Shown: positions 18,712 to 29,223, counted from the first letter of the stretch. The stretch is 52,565 bases of DNA from Elusimicrobiota bacterium (GCA_043819795.1 JBDREN010000141.1:1-52565), one strand, 5' to 3'. Translations and numbers: made by a program. The notes: generated from the letters alone by a model not told the origin.

Positions 18712-18941
18712 GCGCCGCCCTCGACCTCGCTATCGAGGAGCCTCTCGATCAGGGCCAGATCCTTCTCGGCCTGCTCCTTATCGAGCTTCTGGATCGCGAA
18801 GCCCGCGTGCACGATCACGTAGTCGCCCGTCTTGGGATCCTCGACCAAGTCCAGGCGGATCTCCTTCTCGGCCCCGCCCATCCGCACGGTCCCGGCCTCG
18901 CCCTTGACCGCCGTGAGCTCCATGGGGATCGCTAGGCACAT
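18708..18941 (-). CDS. hypC: Hydrogenase assembly chaperone HypC/HupF
   Basis: MCLAIP start at 18941; GDYVIVHAGFAI; 77 aa. Confidence 0.96.
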   Translation of the reverse strand: MCLAIPMELTAVKGEAGTVRMGGAEKEIRLDLVEDPKTGDYVIVHAGFAIQKLDKEQAEKDLALIERLLDSEVEGGA

Positions 18942-21265
18942 GGCGCGTCTCCTCTCAGCGCCGCGTCGGCCACGAGCGCCTGCCCGAGGCTGATGCCGCC
19001 GTCGTTGGCGGGCACCTGCCGGTGAAGCAGGACGGTGAATCCGGCCTCCCGAAGAAGCGCGACGATCGAGCGCAAAAGCAGCATATTCTGGAAGACTCCC
19101 CCGCTCAACGCGACGATCCCGAGCCCGGTCCTCTCGCGCAGGGCCGCGCACACGCCCGCCGTGAAGCGCGCCAATGTCCGGTGGAACTTCGCGGCGATCT
19201 CGCCCGTGCCGGCGCCCTCGCTCCGGGACAGGTCGTCCACTATCCCGCGCAGGACCGGCTCGGGATCGAGCACGATCGGGAAGACGTCCTTGCCGACGGA
19301 GAAAGGATAGCATTCCCCGTCTTGGTCCGGCTCGCCGGCGGCCATCTCCAGCTCAACGGCCGCCTGGCCCTCGTAGAGGATCTCGTCGCGGACGCCCGCC
19401 AAAGAGGCGACCGCGTCGAAGAGACGGCCCACGCTGGAGGTCAGGGGGCTGTTGAGCTTGCGGTCTATCATCTTCTTGAGGACCGCCCACTTGCCCCGGT
19501 CCAGCCTCCTGACGAGCCCTATGTCGAGGTCAAGGAAACCCTCGCCGTACGCCTGATAGAGCAGGCTCGCCGCCATCCGCCACGGCTCTTTGATCGCGGC
19601 CGCTCCTCCGGGCATGGGAGCGGGCCTCAGGTGCGCGGCCCGCTCATAGCCCTTGAAGTCCGCGACCAGGAACTCGCCCCCCCAGACGGTGCCGTCGTCG
19701 CCGTAGCCGGTCCCGTCGAAAGCGATCCCGATGACCCGCTCCGAGACCCCATTGTCGGCCATGCAGGCCGCCACATGAGCGTGATGGTGCTGGACCGCGA
19801 CGAGGCGGGTCCGCGGCCCGCGCTCAGCGAGCCCCAGGGCGTACTTGGTGGAAAGGTAGTCCGGATGCATGTCGTGAGCCACTACGTCCGGAGCGACGCC
19901 GAAGACCTCCTTGAAATGCTCGATCCCCCGCTCGAAGGCGCCCAAGGTCTCGAGGTTCTCCAGGTCCCCGATATGATGGCTCACCGCGCACTCCTCGCCC
20001 GCGGCCACGGCGAAGGTGTTCTTGAGCTCGGCCCCGCAGGCCAGGACCGGCTGTCCGAGCTTCACGGGCAGCCGCACGGGCGCGGGGACGTAGCCCCGGG
20101 AGCGCCTGATCAGTCTTTCGGAGCCCTCGAAGACCCGGCTCACGCTGTCGTCGCACCGGATGTGGATGTCGCGGTCGTGGAGAAGGAAGGCGTCCGCGAT
20201 GCCCTTGAGCCGGGCGAGCGCCTCGTCGTTCTCGTGGGCGATCGGCTCGTCGCTCACGTTGCCGCTCGTCATGACCAGAGCGGGAGGACAGGACGAGTCG
20301 AAAAGCAGCTGGTGCAGGGGCGTGTAGGGGAGCATGAACCCCAGATACCTCTGCCTCGGGGCCGTCTCCTCCGGAATGGGGCAGCCTTCCTTCCTCGCCA
20401 GAAGGACGATGGGGCGGCGGACCGATCCGAGCGCCTCTGCCTCCTCCGGGCCGACGCGACAGAACCGGCGTACGGTCTCCAGGTCCTTGGCCATTACCGC
20501 GAAGGGCTTGTCCTCCCTGTATTTTCTGCCCCTTAAGGTACGGACCGCATCGCGGTCGAGCGCGTCGCAGGCGAGGTGGAAGCCCCCCAGCCCCTTGACC
20601 GCCACGATCCGGCCTTCCTTGAGAAGCGCCGCCGCCTTGGCGATCACCGCGCGGGAATCGCCCCGCTCGATGTCCTCGCCCCTGGGGTCCGCCAGCCGGA
20701 TCCCGGGCCCGCACGCCGGGCAGGCGGTGGGCTGCGCGTGGAAGCGGCGGTCCATCGGGTCCTCGTACTCCGCCCGGCAGGCGGGGCACATCTTGAACGG
20801 CTCCATCGTGGTCTTGTGGCGGTCGTAGGGGACGGCGCGCACGATGGTGAAGCGCGGGCCGCAGTTCGTGCAGTTCAGGAAAGGATAGCCGTGCCGTCTG
20901 TCGGCGGGATCGGCCAGCTCGCGCAGGCAGTCCGGACACGCGGCGAGGTCCGGGGATATCTCGGTCCTGACCCCGGCCCCGTCCGCGCTGGCCCGTATCG
21001 TGAAATCCCCGTCTTCCCGGAGGCGTACGCTCCTGCTATCGATGCCGGTTATGTCGGCTCGAGGCGGAGGCGAGCCCTCGAGCGCTGCCAGGAACCCGTC
21101 CACTTCGGCGGCCGGGCCCTCCACCTCGATGGCCACGCCCTCCGGCGTGTTCGAGACCCAGCCGTGGAGACTACGCGCGCGCGCGTAGCGGTATACGGTG
21201 GGCCGGAAGCCCACCCCCTGCACCCTGCCGCGGACCTCGATGCGCAGTCTCTTCCTGGAATCCAT
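18932..21265 (-). CDS. hypF: Carbamoyltransferase HypF
   Basis: Acylphosphatase GRVQGVGFRP; zinc fingers CPDC...CTNCGPR and CPAC...CPACGP; KGLGGFHLAC; HHHAH; DGTGYG; NDGGISLGQ. Start at ATG 21265, with TATAAT at 21287-21292. Confidence 0.97.
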   Translation of the reverse strand: MDSRKRLRIEVRGRVQGVGFRPTVYRYARARSLHGWVSNTPEGVAIEVEGPAAEVDGFLAALEGSPPPRADITGIDSRSVRLREDGDFTIRASADGAGVRTEISPDLAACPDCLRELADPADRRHGYPFLNCTNCGPRFTIVRAVPYDRHKTTMEPFKMCPACRAEYEDPMDRRFHAQPTACPACGPGIRLADPRGEDIERGDSRAVIAKAAALLKEGRIVAVKGLGGFHLACDALDRDAVRTLRGRKYREDKPFAVMAKDLETVRRFCRVGPEEAEALGSVRRPIVLLARKEGCPIPEETAPRQRYLGFMLPYTPLHQLLFDSSCPPALVMTSGNVSDEPIAHENDEALARLKGIADAFLLHDRDIHIRCDDSVSRVFEGSERLIRRSRGYVPAPVRLPVKLGQPVLACGAELKNTFAVAAGEECAVSHHIGDLENLETLGAFERGIEHFKEVFGVAPDVVAHDMHPDYLSTKYALGLAERGPRTRLVAVQHHHAHVAACMADNGVSERVIGIAFDGTGYGDDGTVWGGEFLVADFKGYERAAHLRPAPMPGGAAAIKEPWRMAASLLYQAYGEGFLDLDIGLVRRLDRGKWAVLKKMIDRKLNSPLTSSVGRLFDAVASLAGVRDEILYEGQAAVELEMAAGEPDQDGECYPFSVGKDVFPIVLDPEPVLRGIVDDLSRSEGAGTGEIAAKFHRTLARFTAGVCAALRERTGLGIVALSGGVFQNMLLLRSIVALLREAGFTVLLHRQVPANDGGISLGQALVADAALRGDAPCA

Positions 21266-21378
21266 GGAGTCCGGCCTTTCCCGATCATTATACGCAACAA
21301 CCCGGCCCATCGAGCGCGCAAGGCGTTGGGATGGCGCCGCCGGGTCCATGCGGGGATGCTCGACGCCGAGGGCCTTCC

Positions 21379-24300
21379 TCAGCGGAGAAGGGCGCCCAGC
21401 GAGCGGGGATCGTCGAGGAAGAGCTGCTCGTTGTTCACCTTGTCGATGAACTCCGGAGCCCACTCGCGGTTGGTGGCCTCGGTCACCGCGATGAGGATCT
21501 GCTTGTAGCGGTCCCGGAGGGACCTCAAGGCGGCCATGCGCCGCTCCCGGGGGCCCTTGTCGACGAAGTCCAGATGATACAGCAGCAGATGGCCGGCCGT
21601 CTCCTGTCCGATGACCGGGACGATGAGTATCCGGCGATTGTCGTTGGCGCCCCGGCCCAGGAAGATCCTTGAATCGGCGACCACGCCCCATTTCGTGCCG
21701 CTCAGACGCCTCGGCTCATCGCAGCGGGAGGGGATCTCCGAAGCGGCGCCGAGCTTGCGCTCGACCCGGATCCGGGAGCCGTAAAGGGGCTTGCCGATCG
21801 GGCTCAGGCCGTCCACGCCGTAGAGGGTGGCGCCCGTGACGCGGGCGACGAGAGGCTCCAGACACGAGACGATATTCGCGTGGCCGGCCAGCACATTCGA
21901 GGGATCGACTCCGGCCTCCCGCAGCCGGGACCACAGGGGCCCCCGGGAGGGCGCCTCGACCAAGCGCGAGACGCCCACCGTGACGGTCTTGGCTTGGTGC
22001 TTGATGGCGTCTATCGGGCGGCAGAGCTCGTTGACCGCGACGGACAGCTGCTCCACGAGGGAAGCCAGGAGCCCCCCGATCGTGCCGGGACGCTTGAACC
22101 GCGGCCTCAGGTTATCGAGCGGCACGTGCCCCAGCAGGAAGTCCAGGAGCGAGGACAGCTTCGTGGCCGTGCCGACCTCGAGGCCGCTGTTGAGGCTTCC
22201 CGAATCCATGACGCGCTGCAGCTCGAGCGCCCCGGTGGCCACCCGCTCCGAGCGGCCCAGAAGCCTCCAGACGTCCGTCCCCAGCAACTCCTCCTCGTCC
22301 CCCTCCAGCTCCTTGACCAGCCCGTTGCGAAGCCGCTTCAGGAGATCGGCCTGACGGTCGAATGCCCGGGCCGCGTGATAGCCGAAAAGATGCCCGGCCA
22401 TGGTCGGGAGCAGGTAGCTCAGCTCGCCTTCGTAGCGGGGCAGGGGGATGAGGTGCTCGGCGTAGGGATCGAAGCGCCGCTCGTCCTCGTCCGCCATGAC
22501 GATCGGCAGCGAGGCGTGGGCGCGGAAGATCGCGATTTCCTTCGCCACGTCGCTCTTGGCCGCCTCCGGCAGGCCCGAGGCGCAAACCAGGATCAGGGGC
22601 TCGGAGGAGAGGTCTATATGCTTCTTGTCCTCCAGGAAGTCCACGGCGATCGCCTTGTAGCAGAGCTCCGAGAGCTTGATGCGGATCTCGTCCGCGGCGA
22701 CCTTGGTCGAGCCCGTGCCCACGACCGCCCAGTACCTCCGCTTGAGGACGGTGTCCGCCGCGATCTCCCCGATGCGACCGGAGAGCTCGAGGACGCGCTT
22801 CATCGCGGCGGGCAGCGCGAGAAGCGCCTTCACGTGCCGCAGGCGTTCGTCCGCGTCCAGAAGGCCCATGACCTCGCACAGGGCCAGCGACAGGATCTGT
22901 CCGGCGACATTCTGGGCGTAGAACGCCTTGGTGGAGGCCACGGACATCTCGATGTCCCTGCCGTCCGAGGTGTAGAGCACCCCGTCCGACTTGTAGACCA
23001 GGTCGGAGTTGCGGCGGTTCACGATGCCGATGACGCACGCGCCCCGCTCCCGCGCCAGGTCCACGGTCCGGTTGGTGTCGGTGGTCGTCCCCGACTGCGA
23101 CACCGCCACCACGAGGCAATCGCTCATGTCGTCTTGAAGGTGGTGGCTGGACAGCTCGGTGGCCTTCATCGGGCTCACCCTGATGCGGGCTCCCCGGAGC
23201 TTGGCTTCCAGCAGCCGGCCGATGCCTTCGGCCGCGACCGCGGCGGTGCCCTGCCCGGTGGGGATGATGCGCCGGATCTCTCCCGCCTTGAGCTTGGACA
23301 CCAACTTGGGCGGGAGCACGGTGTCGTCGAGAAGGGTCCGCGCCCGCCCGCTCTTCGCGTCCAGGAACACCTTCCCCCGGATGGTCTTCTCGACCGAGCT
23401 CACGGACTCGGAGATCTCTTTGAGGAAGAAGTGGGGGAATTCCCCCCTGTTGATGTCGCGCGTGGTGATCTCGGCGGTCTTGATCGCGGCCTCGTCGACG
23501 GGAACGCCGGCGGGAAGGAGGCGGACCCCGCCCCGCTCGGGCCCCGCGACCAGGAATGTCTCTCCCGCGGTCCGGCCGTCTTCCTTCTTCTCTCCTTCGG
23601 CCTTGACGTAGCGGGGGGTCAGCTCCACGAGGCCGTACATCTCGGAGGCCACGGCCACGGTGCTCCCGGCGAAGCCGATGAACAGCCCTTGGCCGCTGCC
23701 CTTCTGCGCGCAGATGAACTGCTCCGGCCGGTCCGCCGCCATCAGGCATATGGCCATGGACCCCTCGAACTCCGAGAAGGCCTGCGCGAACGCTTTCTCC
23801 AACGAGCCCGCGGTCTTGAGCTTCTCCCGGACGACGATCGGGATGATCTTGGCGTCCGTGGTGATGCCCGGCGCCACGTCCGCCCCCCGGGAGGAGACGT
23901 ACTTCCTGAAAAGATCCTGGAAGTTGTCGATGTCGCCGTTGAGAGCGGCGACCACCAGCCCGGGGTCCGCGGGCCCGCTTCCGGCCTCGATGATGGCGCT
24001 GTCCACGGGATGGCAGTTAGGGATGCTTATGACGCCGTTGGAGGCCCAGCGGGTGTGCCCCATGGCCTGCAGCTCGGTCCCGGGATGACGGAGGGCGGCC
24101 TGGAAAAGGACGTCATTCAATATCTCTTGCCTGAGGAAACGGACGTTCTCCCCCATCTCCCCGACTTCCTCGGCGATCTTGAAGGAGAAGAGCAGCGTCT
24201 GGGATATTCCCCGAGGGCGGATGACGCAGCGATGCGCGAAAGCCGGCGTGGCGCGGCGGCGATCGAACTCATCCAGCCGGTCCCCCGCGCTCAGGAAGCC

Positions 24301-24837
24301 GTCCAGGTCCTCCCGGGACCGGAATCGGACAAAGGCGGCGATACCCGCAGAATCCCTTCCGCGCACCTCAAGGCGGTCGATATTGTTGAGGATGAGGTTC
24401 AAGGACCAGCCGTGGCGCAGGGTCGAGCGGCCGGTGTCGGCCGCTCCCCCGAGCAGGCTTGTTATCTTGGGGGCGTTGCCCAGGACGTCCGCCCGAAGCT
24501 GCCATGCGACGTCTTTCCCGGCCGTCAGCTGCCGATGGATATGCTCCCGGGACTTCTGGGACAGCTCCAGATCACTTTCCAGCTTGGCTTCGAGCCCCTC
24601 CATCCAGGACTCCAGCGTCGCCAAGGCCTTGACGAGGCGCGTGCCGATCGAAGGATCGCCGGCGAGCCGAAGGAAGCCTTCGGGGCGGGTCCAAAGGCCG
24701 CACAGCCTCTTGATGTCGTCGAGCAGGGCCGGATCGCCGTCCGTGCGCGTCAGGCGCTCGAGCTTGTCGGCCAGCTCGGCGTGATCCGGCGGATCCGCCT
24801 CCGATTTATCGCTTGTTACCGCGAAGATACCACACAT
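21379..24837 (-). CDS. glmS: Extended glutamine--fructose-6-phosphate aminotransferase-like protein (Ntn glutaminase plus two SIS domains, 1152 aa)
   Basis: MCGI start; LEVRGRDSAG; GHTRWAS; SQSGTTTDT; VASTKAF; AKTVTV. Carries large insertions and a C-terminal extension. Confidence 0.8.
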   Translation of the reverse strand: MCGIFAVTSDKSEADPPDHAELADKLERLTRTDGDPALLDDIKRLCGLWTRPEGFLRLAGDPSIGTRLVKALATLESWMEGLEAKLESDLELSQKSREHIHRQLTAGKDVAWQLRADVLGNAPKITSLLGGAADTGRSTLRHGWSLNLILNNIDRLEVRGRDSAGIAAFVRFRSREDLDGFLSAGDRLDEFDRRRATPAFAHRCVIRPRGISQTLLFSFKIAEEVGEMGENVRFLRQEILNDVLFQAALRHPGTELQAMGHTRWASNGVISIPNCHPVDSAIIEAGSGPADPGLVVAALNGDIDNFQDLFRKYVSSRGADVAPGITTDAKIIPIVVREKLKTAGSLEKAFAQAFSEFEGSMAICLMAADRPEQFICAQKGSGQGLFIGFAGSTVAVASEMYGLVELTPRYVKAEGEKKEDGRTAGETFLVAGPERGGVRLLPAGVPVDEAAIKTAEITTRDINRGEFPHFFLKEISESVSSVEKTIRGKVFLDAKSGRARTLLDDTVLPPKLVSKLKAGEIRRIIPTGQGTAAVAAEGIGRLLEAKLRGARIRVSPMKATELSSHHLQDDMSDCLVVAVSQSGTTTDTNRTVDLARERGACVIGIVNRRNSDLVYKSDGVLYTSDGRDIEMSVASTKAFYAQNVAGQILSLALCEVMGLLDADERLRHVKALLALPAAMKRVLELSGRIGEIAADTVLKRRYWAVVGTGSTKVAADEIRIKLSELCYKAIAVDFLEDKKHIDLSSEPLILVCASGLPEAAKSDVAKEIAIFRAHASLPIVMADEDERRFDPYAEHLIPLPRYEGELSYLLPTMAGHLFGYHAARAFDRQADLLKRLRNGLVKELEGDEEELLGTDVWRLLGRSERVATGALELQRVMDSGSLNSGLEVGTATKLSSLLDFLLGHVPLDNLRPRFKRPGTIGGLLASLVEQLSVAVNELCRPIDAIKHQAKTVTVGVSRLVEAPSRGPLWSRLREAGVDPSNVLAGHANIVSCLEPLVARVTGATLYGVDGLSPIGKPLYGSRIRVERKLGAASEIPSRCDEPRRLSGTKWGVVADSRIFLGRGANDNRRILIVPVIGQETAGHLLLYHLDFVDKGPRERRMAALRSLRDRYKQILIAVTEATNREWAPEFIDKVNNEQLFLDDPRSLGALLR

Positions 24838-25084
24838 AGGATCGGCTCAAACGGCGAAGACACATCCTCTCTCGCCCGGGCTTTGGACCGGGGGGATTAC
24901 AGAAAATACTAAAAGGAAAGCCGTGAGGGAAGTCCCGATAGAGGCTCCGCCCATGTGACCAAAGTCGTATAGCGCTGCCGCGACCGGCGGGATACACTGG
25001 GGGAAGACGGAGCCGCCGAAGCGGCCACCGCCGGGTACCGCGGGCGGACTCAGGCCCTGCCGAGGCGGATTATGGGGGATCCAG

Positions 25085-26692
25085 ATGGGTGACGAAAAGA
25101 AGACGAGGAGCCAGCTCGTCGCCGAGCTCAATCGCGCCCGCCGGAGGCTCGATCGGCTCAGGAAGGCCGCCGCGGCCAAACGCAGGTCCGTCGGCAAGAA
25201 GCTGCGCGAAAACCGGGAGCTGTCCCATCTAATCTCCGACAACGTCGACGACATGATCGCCGTCCTGGACCTCAAAGGACGGCGGCTCTACAACAATCCC
25301 GCATATCGCATGCTGGGCGACCCCGATTCCCTGCGGGGGTCGGATTCATTCCGGGAGATCCATCCGGAGGATCAGGGAAAGGTGCGCCGCGTCTTCGAAG
25401 AAACGGTCAGGACGGGCGTCGGCGGGAGGGCCGAGTATCGTTTCGTCCTCGCCGACGGCTCGATGCGCTACATCGAGTCCCAGGGGAACGCGATATGCGA
25501 CAAGGACGGGAAGCCCGCCAAGATCATCGTCGTGTCGCGGGACATCACCGAGCGCCGTGAACTGGAGGCCAAGTCTCAGGCCCTCCAACAGCAGCTTTTC
25601 CATTCCGAGAAGCTCAAGGCCCTGGGCGAATGCCTCTCCGGGATCGCCCACGAGCTCAACAACCCCCTCGGCGGGATCCTGACCCGCTGCCAGCTGATCC
25701 TGCAGTACGAGAACATCCCTCTTTCGGATCGGCTCCGGGAGGACTTCGAGATGATCTTCCAGGAGGCGCTGCGCTGCAAGAAGATCGTGAAGAACGTGGC
25801 GGCTTTCTCGCGCAAGCACGCTTCCGAAAAGACGAGCATCAGCGTCAACGGCATCATCGAGGACTGTCTGCGGCTGCAGATCCATCGCCTCCGCGACGGG
25901 ACCGCGGAGGTCCGCAACGAGCTCGATCCGGAGCTTCCCGAGACCCTCGCCGACTACCATCAGCTGCAGCAGGTGTTCTTGAACCTCATCAACAACGCCC
26001 TGCAGGCGGCGGAGGGCCGCCGCCGGAAGACGACATTGATCATACGGACCCGGCGGACGCCGAGCGGCATCCGCGTCGAGTTCGAGGACAACGGGCCCGG
26101 GATCCCGCCGGAGCGCCTTTCGAAGGTGTTCGAGCCGTTCTTCACGACCAAGGAGGTGGGCGAGGGGACCGGCCTGGGGCTCTCGATCTCCCACGGCATC
26201 GTGACGGAGCATGGCGGAAGGATCTGGGCCGAAAGCGCGCCGGGCAAAGGAGCGACGTTCGTTATCGAGCTGCCCGTCCGGACGACGCCGAAGGAGGACG
26301 GCACGGCGAAGCCTTCAGGCGATGACGCCTGCCCGAGCGGCCGGAGGGTCCTCGTGATCGACGACGAGGCGAGCATCCGGAAGTCCCTCGAGCGCTACCT
26401 GCAGAGCAAGCGCATGGAGCCGGAGACCGCTCCAGACGGAAGGACGGCTCTCCGGATGCTCAACGACAAGGACTACGACGCCGTGCTCTGCGACATCCAT
26501 CTGCCGGGGATAGACGGAAGAAAGCTCTACGCATGGGCGAAGAGACACCGGCCCGATCTCGCCTCCCGTTGGGTCTTCCTGACGGGCTCGGTGGACCGCA
26601 ACGGCAAGCTCCCCCCCAAGGGCGCGAAACCCACGCATCTCCACAAGCCTTTCCGCCTCGAGGAGATCGCCAAAGCCCTCAACGACCTCTAA
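25085..26692 (+). CDS. Cytoplasmic PAS-domain hybrid sensor histidine kinase with receiver domain
   Basis: PAS/PAC (IHPED...SRDITER); H-box IAHELNNPL; NLINNA; DNGPGI; FEPFFTTK; GTGLGL; receiver DDE/CD/KPF. Confidence 0.95.
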   Translation: MGDEKKTRSQLVAELNRARRRLDRLRKAAAAKRRSVGKKLRENRELSHLISDNVDDMIAVLDLKGRRLYNNPAYRMLGDPDSLRGSDSFREIHPEDQGKVRRVFEETVRTGVGGRAEYRFVLADGSMRYIESQGNAICDKDGKPAKIIVVSRDITERRELEAKSQALQQQLFHSEKLKALGECLSGIAHELNNPLGGILTRCQLILQYENIPLSDRLREDFEMIFQEALRCKKIVKNVAAFSRKHASEKTSISVNGIIEDCLRLQIHRLRDGTAEVRNELDPELPETLADYHQLQQVFLNLINNALQAAEGRRRKTTLIIRTRRTPSGIRVEFEDNGPGIPPERLSKVFEPFFTTKEVGEGTGLGLSISHGIVTEHGGRIWAESAPGKGATFVIELPVRTTPKEDGTAKPSGDDACPSGRRVLVIDDEASIRKSLERYLQSKRMEPETAPDGRTALRMLNDKDYDAVLCDIHLPGIDGRKLYAWAKRHRPDLASRWVFLTGSVDRNGKLPPKGAKPTHLHKPFRLEEIAKALNDL

Positions 26693-26781
26693 CGGTGTCA
26701 GGCTTCAACTTATGCAACTCATGCAACTTCTCAGCCAATAAATAAGTTTCAATAGTTGCATAAGTTGAAGTCTGACACCGT
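26692..26781. repeat. 28-bp inverted repeat around a 34-bp AT-rich spacer (REPIN/MITE-like)
   Basis: ACGGTGTCAGGCTTCAACTTATGCAACT (26692-26719) and AGTTGCATAAGTTGAAGTCTGACACCGT (26754-26781), one mismatch. Confidence 0.8.
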
Positions 26782-26878
26782 CCCCTCCTTAAGTTGAAGG
26801 CCGACGCCTTAATTTATATATTGAGGCGATAGAGCCGAGACGTCGGAATCCTAATCCGATATTCTGGAAGGTGCAACG

Positions 26879-27991
26879 ATGGTCAAGATAGCCTGGCTGC
26901 CCGGAGACGGAGTGGGCAAGGACGTCATGGACGCGGCCAAGATCGTGCTCGACGCTTTGAAGCTCGACGCCGAGTACGTGCATGGCGACATCGGCTGGGA
27001 GTTCTGGGTAAACGAAGGAGACCCCCTGCCGGAGAGGACGCTCAAAGTCCTTCGCGAGACGGACGTCTGCCTCTTCGGGGCGATCACCTCCAAACCGACC
27101 CAGGAGGCGGCCAAGGAGCTCTCGCCCGAGCTGCAGGGAAAGGGGCTTAAGTACTTCAGCCCGATCGTCCGGCTCCGCCAGGAGTTCAATCTGCACACCA
27201 ACCTCCGGCCCTGCAAGGCCTACCCCGGCAACCCCCTGAACTACCGCGACGGCATCGACATCACGGTGTTCCGCGAGAACACCGAGGGCCTCTACAGCGG
27301 CATCGAGTTCCATCCGGTCCCCGAGGAGTTCATGCGGGCCTGCCTGAAGCACTCCAAGAAGGCGGCGCGCTTCAAGGACTCGCCCCTCGACGAGATGGCC
27401 GTCTCGCTCAGGCTCCTGACCGTCAAGGGCTGTCGCTCCATCGTGACGCAGGCCTTCAAGTACGCGCAGAAGCACGGCAAGAAAAAGGTCACGCTCGTGG
27501 AGAAGCCGAACGTCCTGCGGGAGACCAGCGGGCTCATCACGCGGGTGGCCCGGAAGGTGGCCCAGGAGTTCCCGGGCATCGAGCTCGACGAGGCCAACAT
27601 CGACGCCATGTGCATGTGGCTGGTCAAAAACCCCGAGCGCTACGAGGTGCTCGTCACGACCAACATGTTCGGAGACATCGTCTCGGACCTGTGCGCGCAG
27701 CTCGTGGGCGGGCTCGGCTTCGCCTGCAGCGGCAACATCGGCGACGGCTACGCGGTCTTCGAGCCCACCCACGGCTCGGCGCCGAAATACGCCGGGAAGT
27801 ACAAGGTCAACCCCACGGCCATGCTCCTCACCGCGAAGATGATGCTCGAGCATCTGGGCGAGGGTGACATGGCCGCGCGCCTGGAGAAGTCCATCGCCAA
27901 AGTCATACGCGACGCGAAAGTGAGGACCTACGACGTGGGCGGAAGCTCCACCTCTCTGGAGGTCGCGGAGGAGGTCGCCCGCAACCTATGA
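26879..27991 (+). CDS. Isocitrate/isopropylmalate dehydrogenase family, probable (homo)isocitrate dehydrogenase
   Basis: PGDGVG; YFSPIVRLRQ (resembles fungal HICDH YSSPIVALR); RENTEGLY; NMFGDIVSD; FEPTHGSAP. Confidence 0.85.
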   Translation: MVKIAWLPGDGVGKDVMDAAKIVLDALKLDAEYVHGDIGWEFWVNEGDPLPERTLKVLRETDVCLFGAITSKPTQEAAKELSPELQGKGLKYFSPIVRLRQEFNLHTNLRPCKAYPGNPLNYRDGIDITVFRENTEGLYSGIEFHPVPEEFMRACLKHSKKAARFKDSPLDEMAVSLRLLTVKGCRSIVTQAFKYAQKHGKKKVTLVEKPNVLRETSGLITRVARKVAQEFPGIELDEANIDAMCMWLVKNPERYEVLVTTNMFGDIVSDLCAQLVGGLGFACSGNIGDGYAVFEPTHGSAPKYAGKYKVNPTAMLLTAKMMLEHLGEGDMAARLEKSIAKVIRDAKVRTYDVGGSSTSLEVAEEVARNL

Positions 27992-29223
27992 AGCTCATCG
28001 AGGCGAAAGGCAAATCGGTCCTCGCCCGCTGCGGGATCGCCGTTCCCGCCGGGGAGGTCGCCGCCACGCCTGAAGCGGCCGAGGCGGCCGCCCGCTCCAT
28101 CGGCCGTCCCGTCGTGGTGAAGGCGCAAGTGTTGGCGCCCGGGCGCAAGCAGAAAGGCGGGATCCTGTTCGCGGACTCCCCGGAGGAGGCCAAGAAGGCC
28201 GCCGCCAAGCTGCTCGGCGCCGCGATCGGGGAGGAGACCTGCCGCGAGGTACTGGTCGAGGAGAAGCTCGAGATCGTGCGGGAGACGTACCTGGCGGCCA
28301 TGGTGGACACCTCCGCCGCGGACGTGATGCTCATCTTCTCGCCCAAGGGCGGAGAGAGCATCGAGGACTTGTTCCGGGACTCCCCTGACCAAGTGGCCAC
28401 CTTCCACCACAACCCGCTTCGCCCCTTCTATCCGTTCTACGGCCGCAAGCTGGCCAGCGCGGCCCGGGCCGAGCGGAAGGATATCCCCCGCCTGGGGCAG
28501 GCCGCGCACAGCCTGTACCACGGCCTCCGCCGGTTCGACGCCCGGCTCATGGAGATCAACCCCCTGGCGGTCGTAAAGACGCCGGGAAGAGAAGGAATAA
28601 AGCCGGGCGAGAAGCTCGTGGCGGTGGACGCCATCGTAAACCTCGACGAGGACGCGGTGCTGCGAAACCTCGAGCTGCAGAAGATGGGGATATCCATGGA
28701 GGAGGAGCGCCCCCGCCCCCCCACCGAGAACGAGCTCAAGGCGATCGAGATAGACAAGAAGGACTACCGCGGCTCCGTGCACTACCAGGACCTCGATCCG
28801 GACGGGGACATCGGGACCGTGACGGTAGGCTCGGGCCTCAGCCTGACCATGCTCGACCTCCTCAGGAACGCCGGCCTGCGCCCCAAGGGCTTCTGCGACT
28901 GCAGCGGAAGCCCGCCGGCGCACAAGGTCCACGAATGCGTCAAGCTGGTGCTGTCTTTGCCGGGGGTCAAGGGATTCCTCTTCATGAGCGGCGTGGTCAC
29001 CCAGGACCTCGTCGTGACGGCCGAGGGGATCGTCAGCGCCTTCAAGGAGATGAAGCCGGAGATCCCCTTCGTGGTGCGCTTGGCGGGCAACCGCGACCGC
29101 GAGGCGCTCGAGACGCTCAAGGCCGGCGGCATCGAGCACGCCTTCCCCAGGAAGGCGTACGTCGAGGACTGCGTGGCCAAGCTCCAGGAGCTCATGAAGG
29201 CGCGCGCGGAGGCGGTGCGATGA
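27988..29223 (+). CDS. ADP-forming CoA ligase beta subunit (SucC/citryl-CoA synthetase large subunit-like, divergent)
   Basis: ATP-grasp VVKAQV..GRKQKGGI and EINPL. Ligase-domain loops VGSGLS, DCSGSPP and MSGVVT differ from SucC NGAGLA, DVGGG and FGGIV. Confidence 0.85.
   Translation: MKLIEAKGKSVLARCGIAVPAGEVAATPEAAEAAARSIGRPVVVKAQVLAPGRKQKGGILFADSPEEAKKAAAKLLGAAIGEETCREVLVEEKLEIVRETYLAAMVDTSAADVMLIFSPKGGESIEDLFRDSPDQVATFHHNPLRPFYPFYGRKLASAARAERKDIPRLGQAAHSLYHGLRRFDARLMEINPLAVVKTPGREGIKPGEKLVAVDAIVNLDEDAVLRNLELQKMGISMEEERPRPPTENELKAIEIDKKDYRGSVHYQDLDPDGDIGTVTVGSGLSLTMLDLLRNAGLRPKGFCDCSGSPPAHKVHECVKLVLSLPGVKGFLFMSGVVTQDLVVTAEGIVSAFKEMKPEIPFVVRLAGNRDREALETLKAGGIEHAFPRKAYVEDCVAKLQELMKARAEAVR

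Noticed and set aside
24838..25084. glmS ribozyme upstream of the GlmS-like gene
   Set aside because: I could not find the conserved core by eye; an Rfam scan would settle it.
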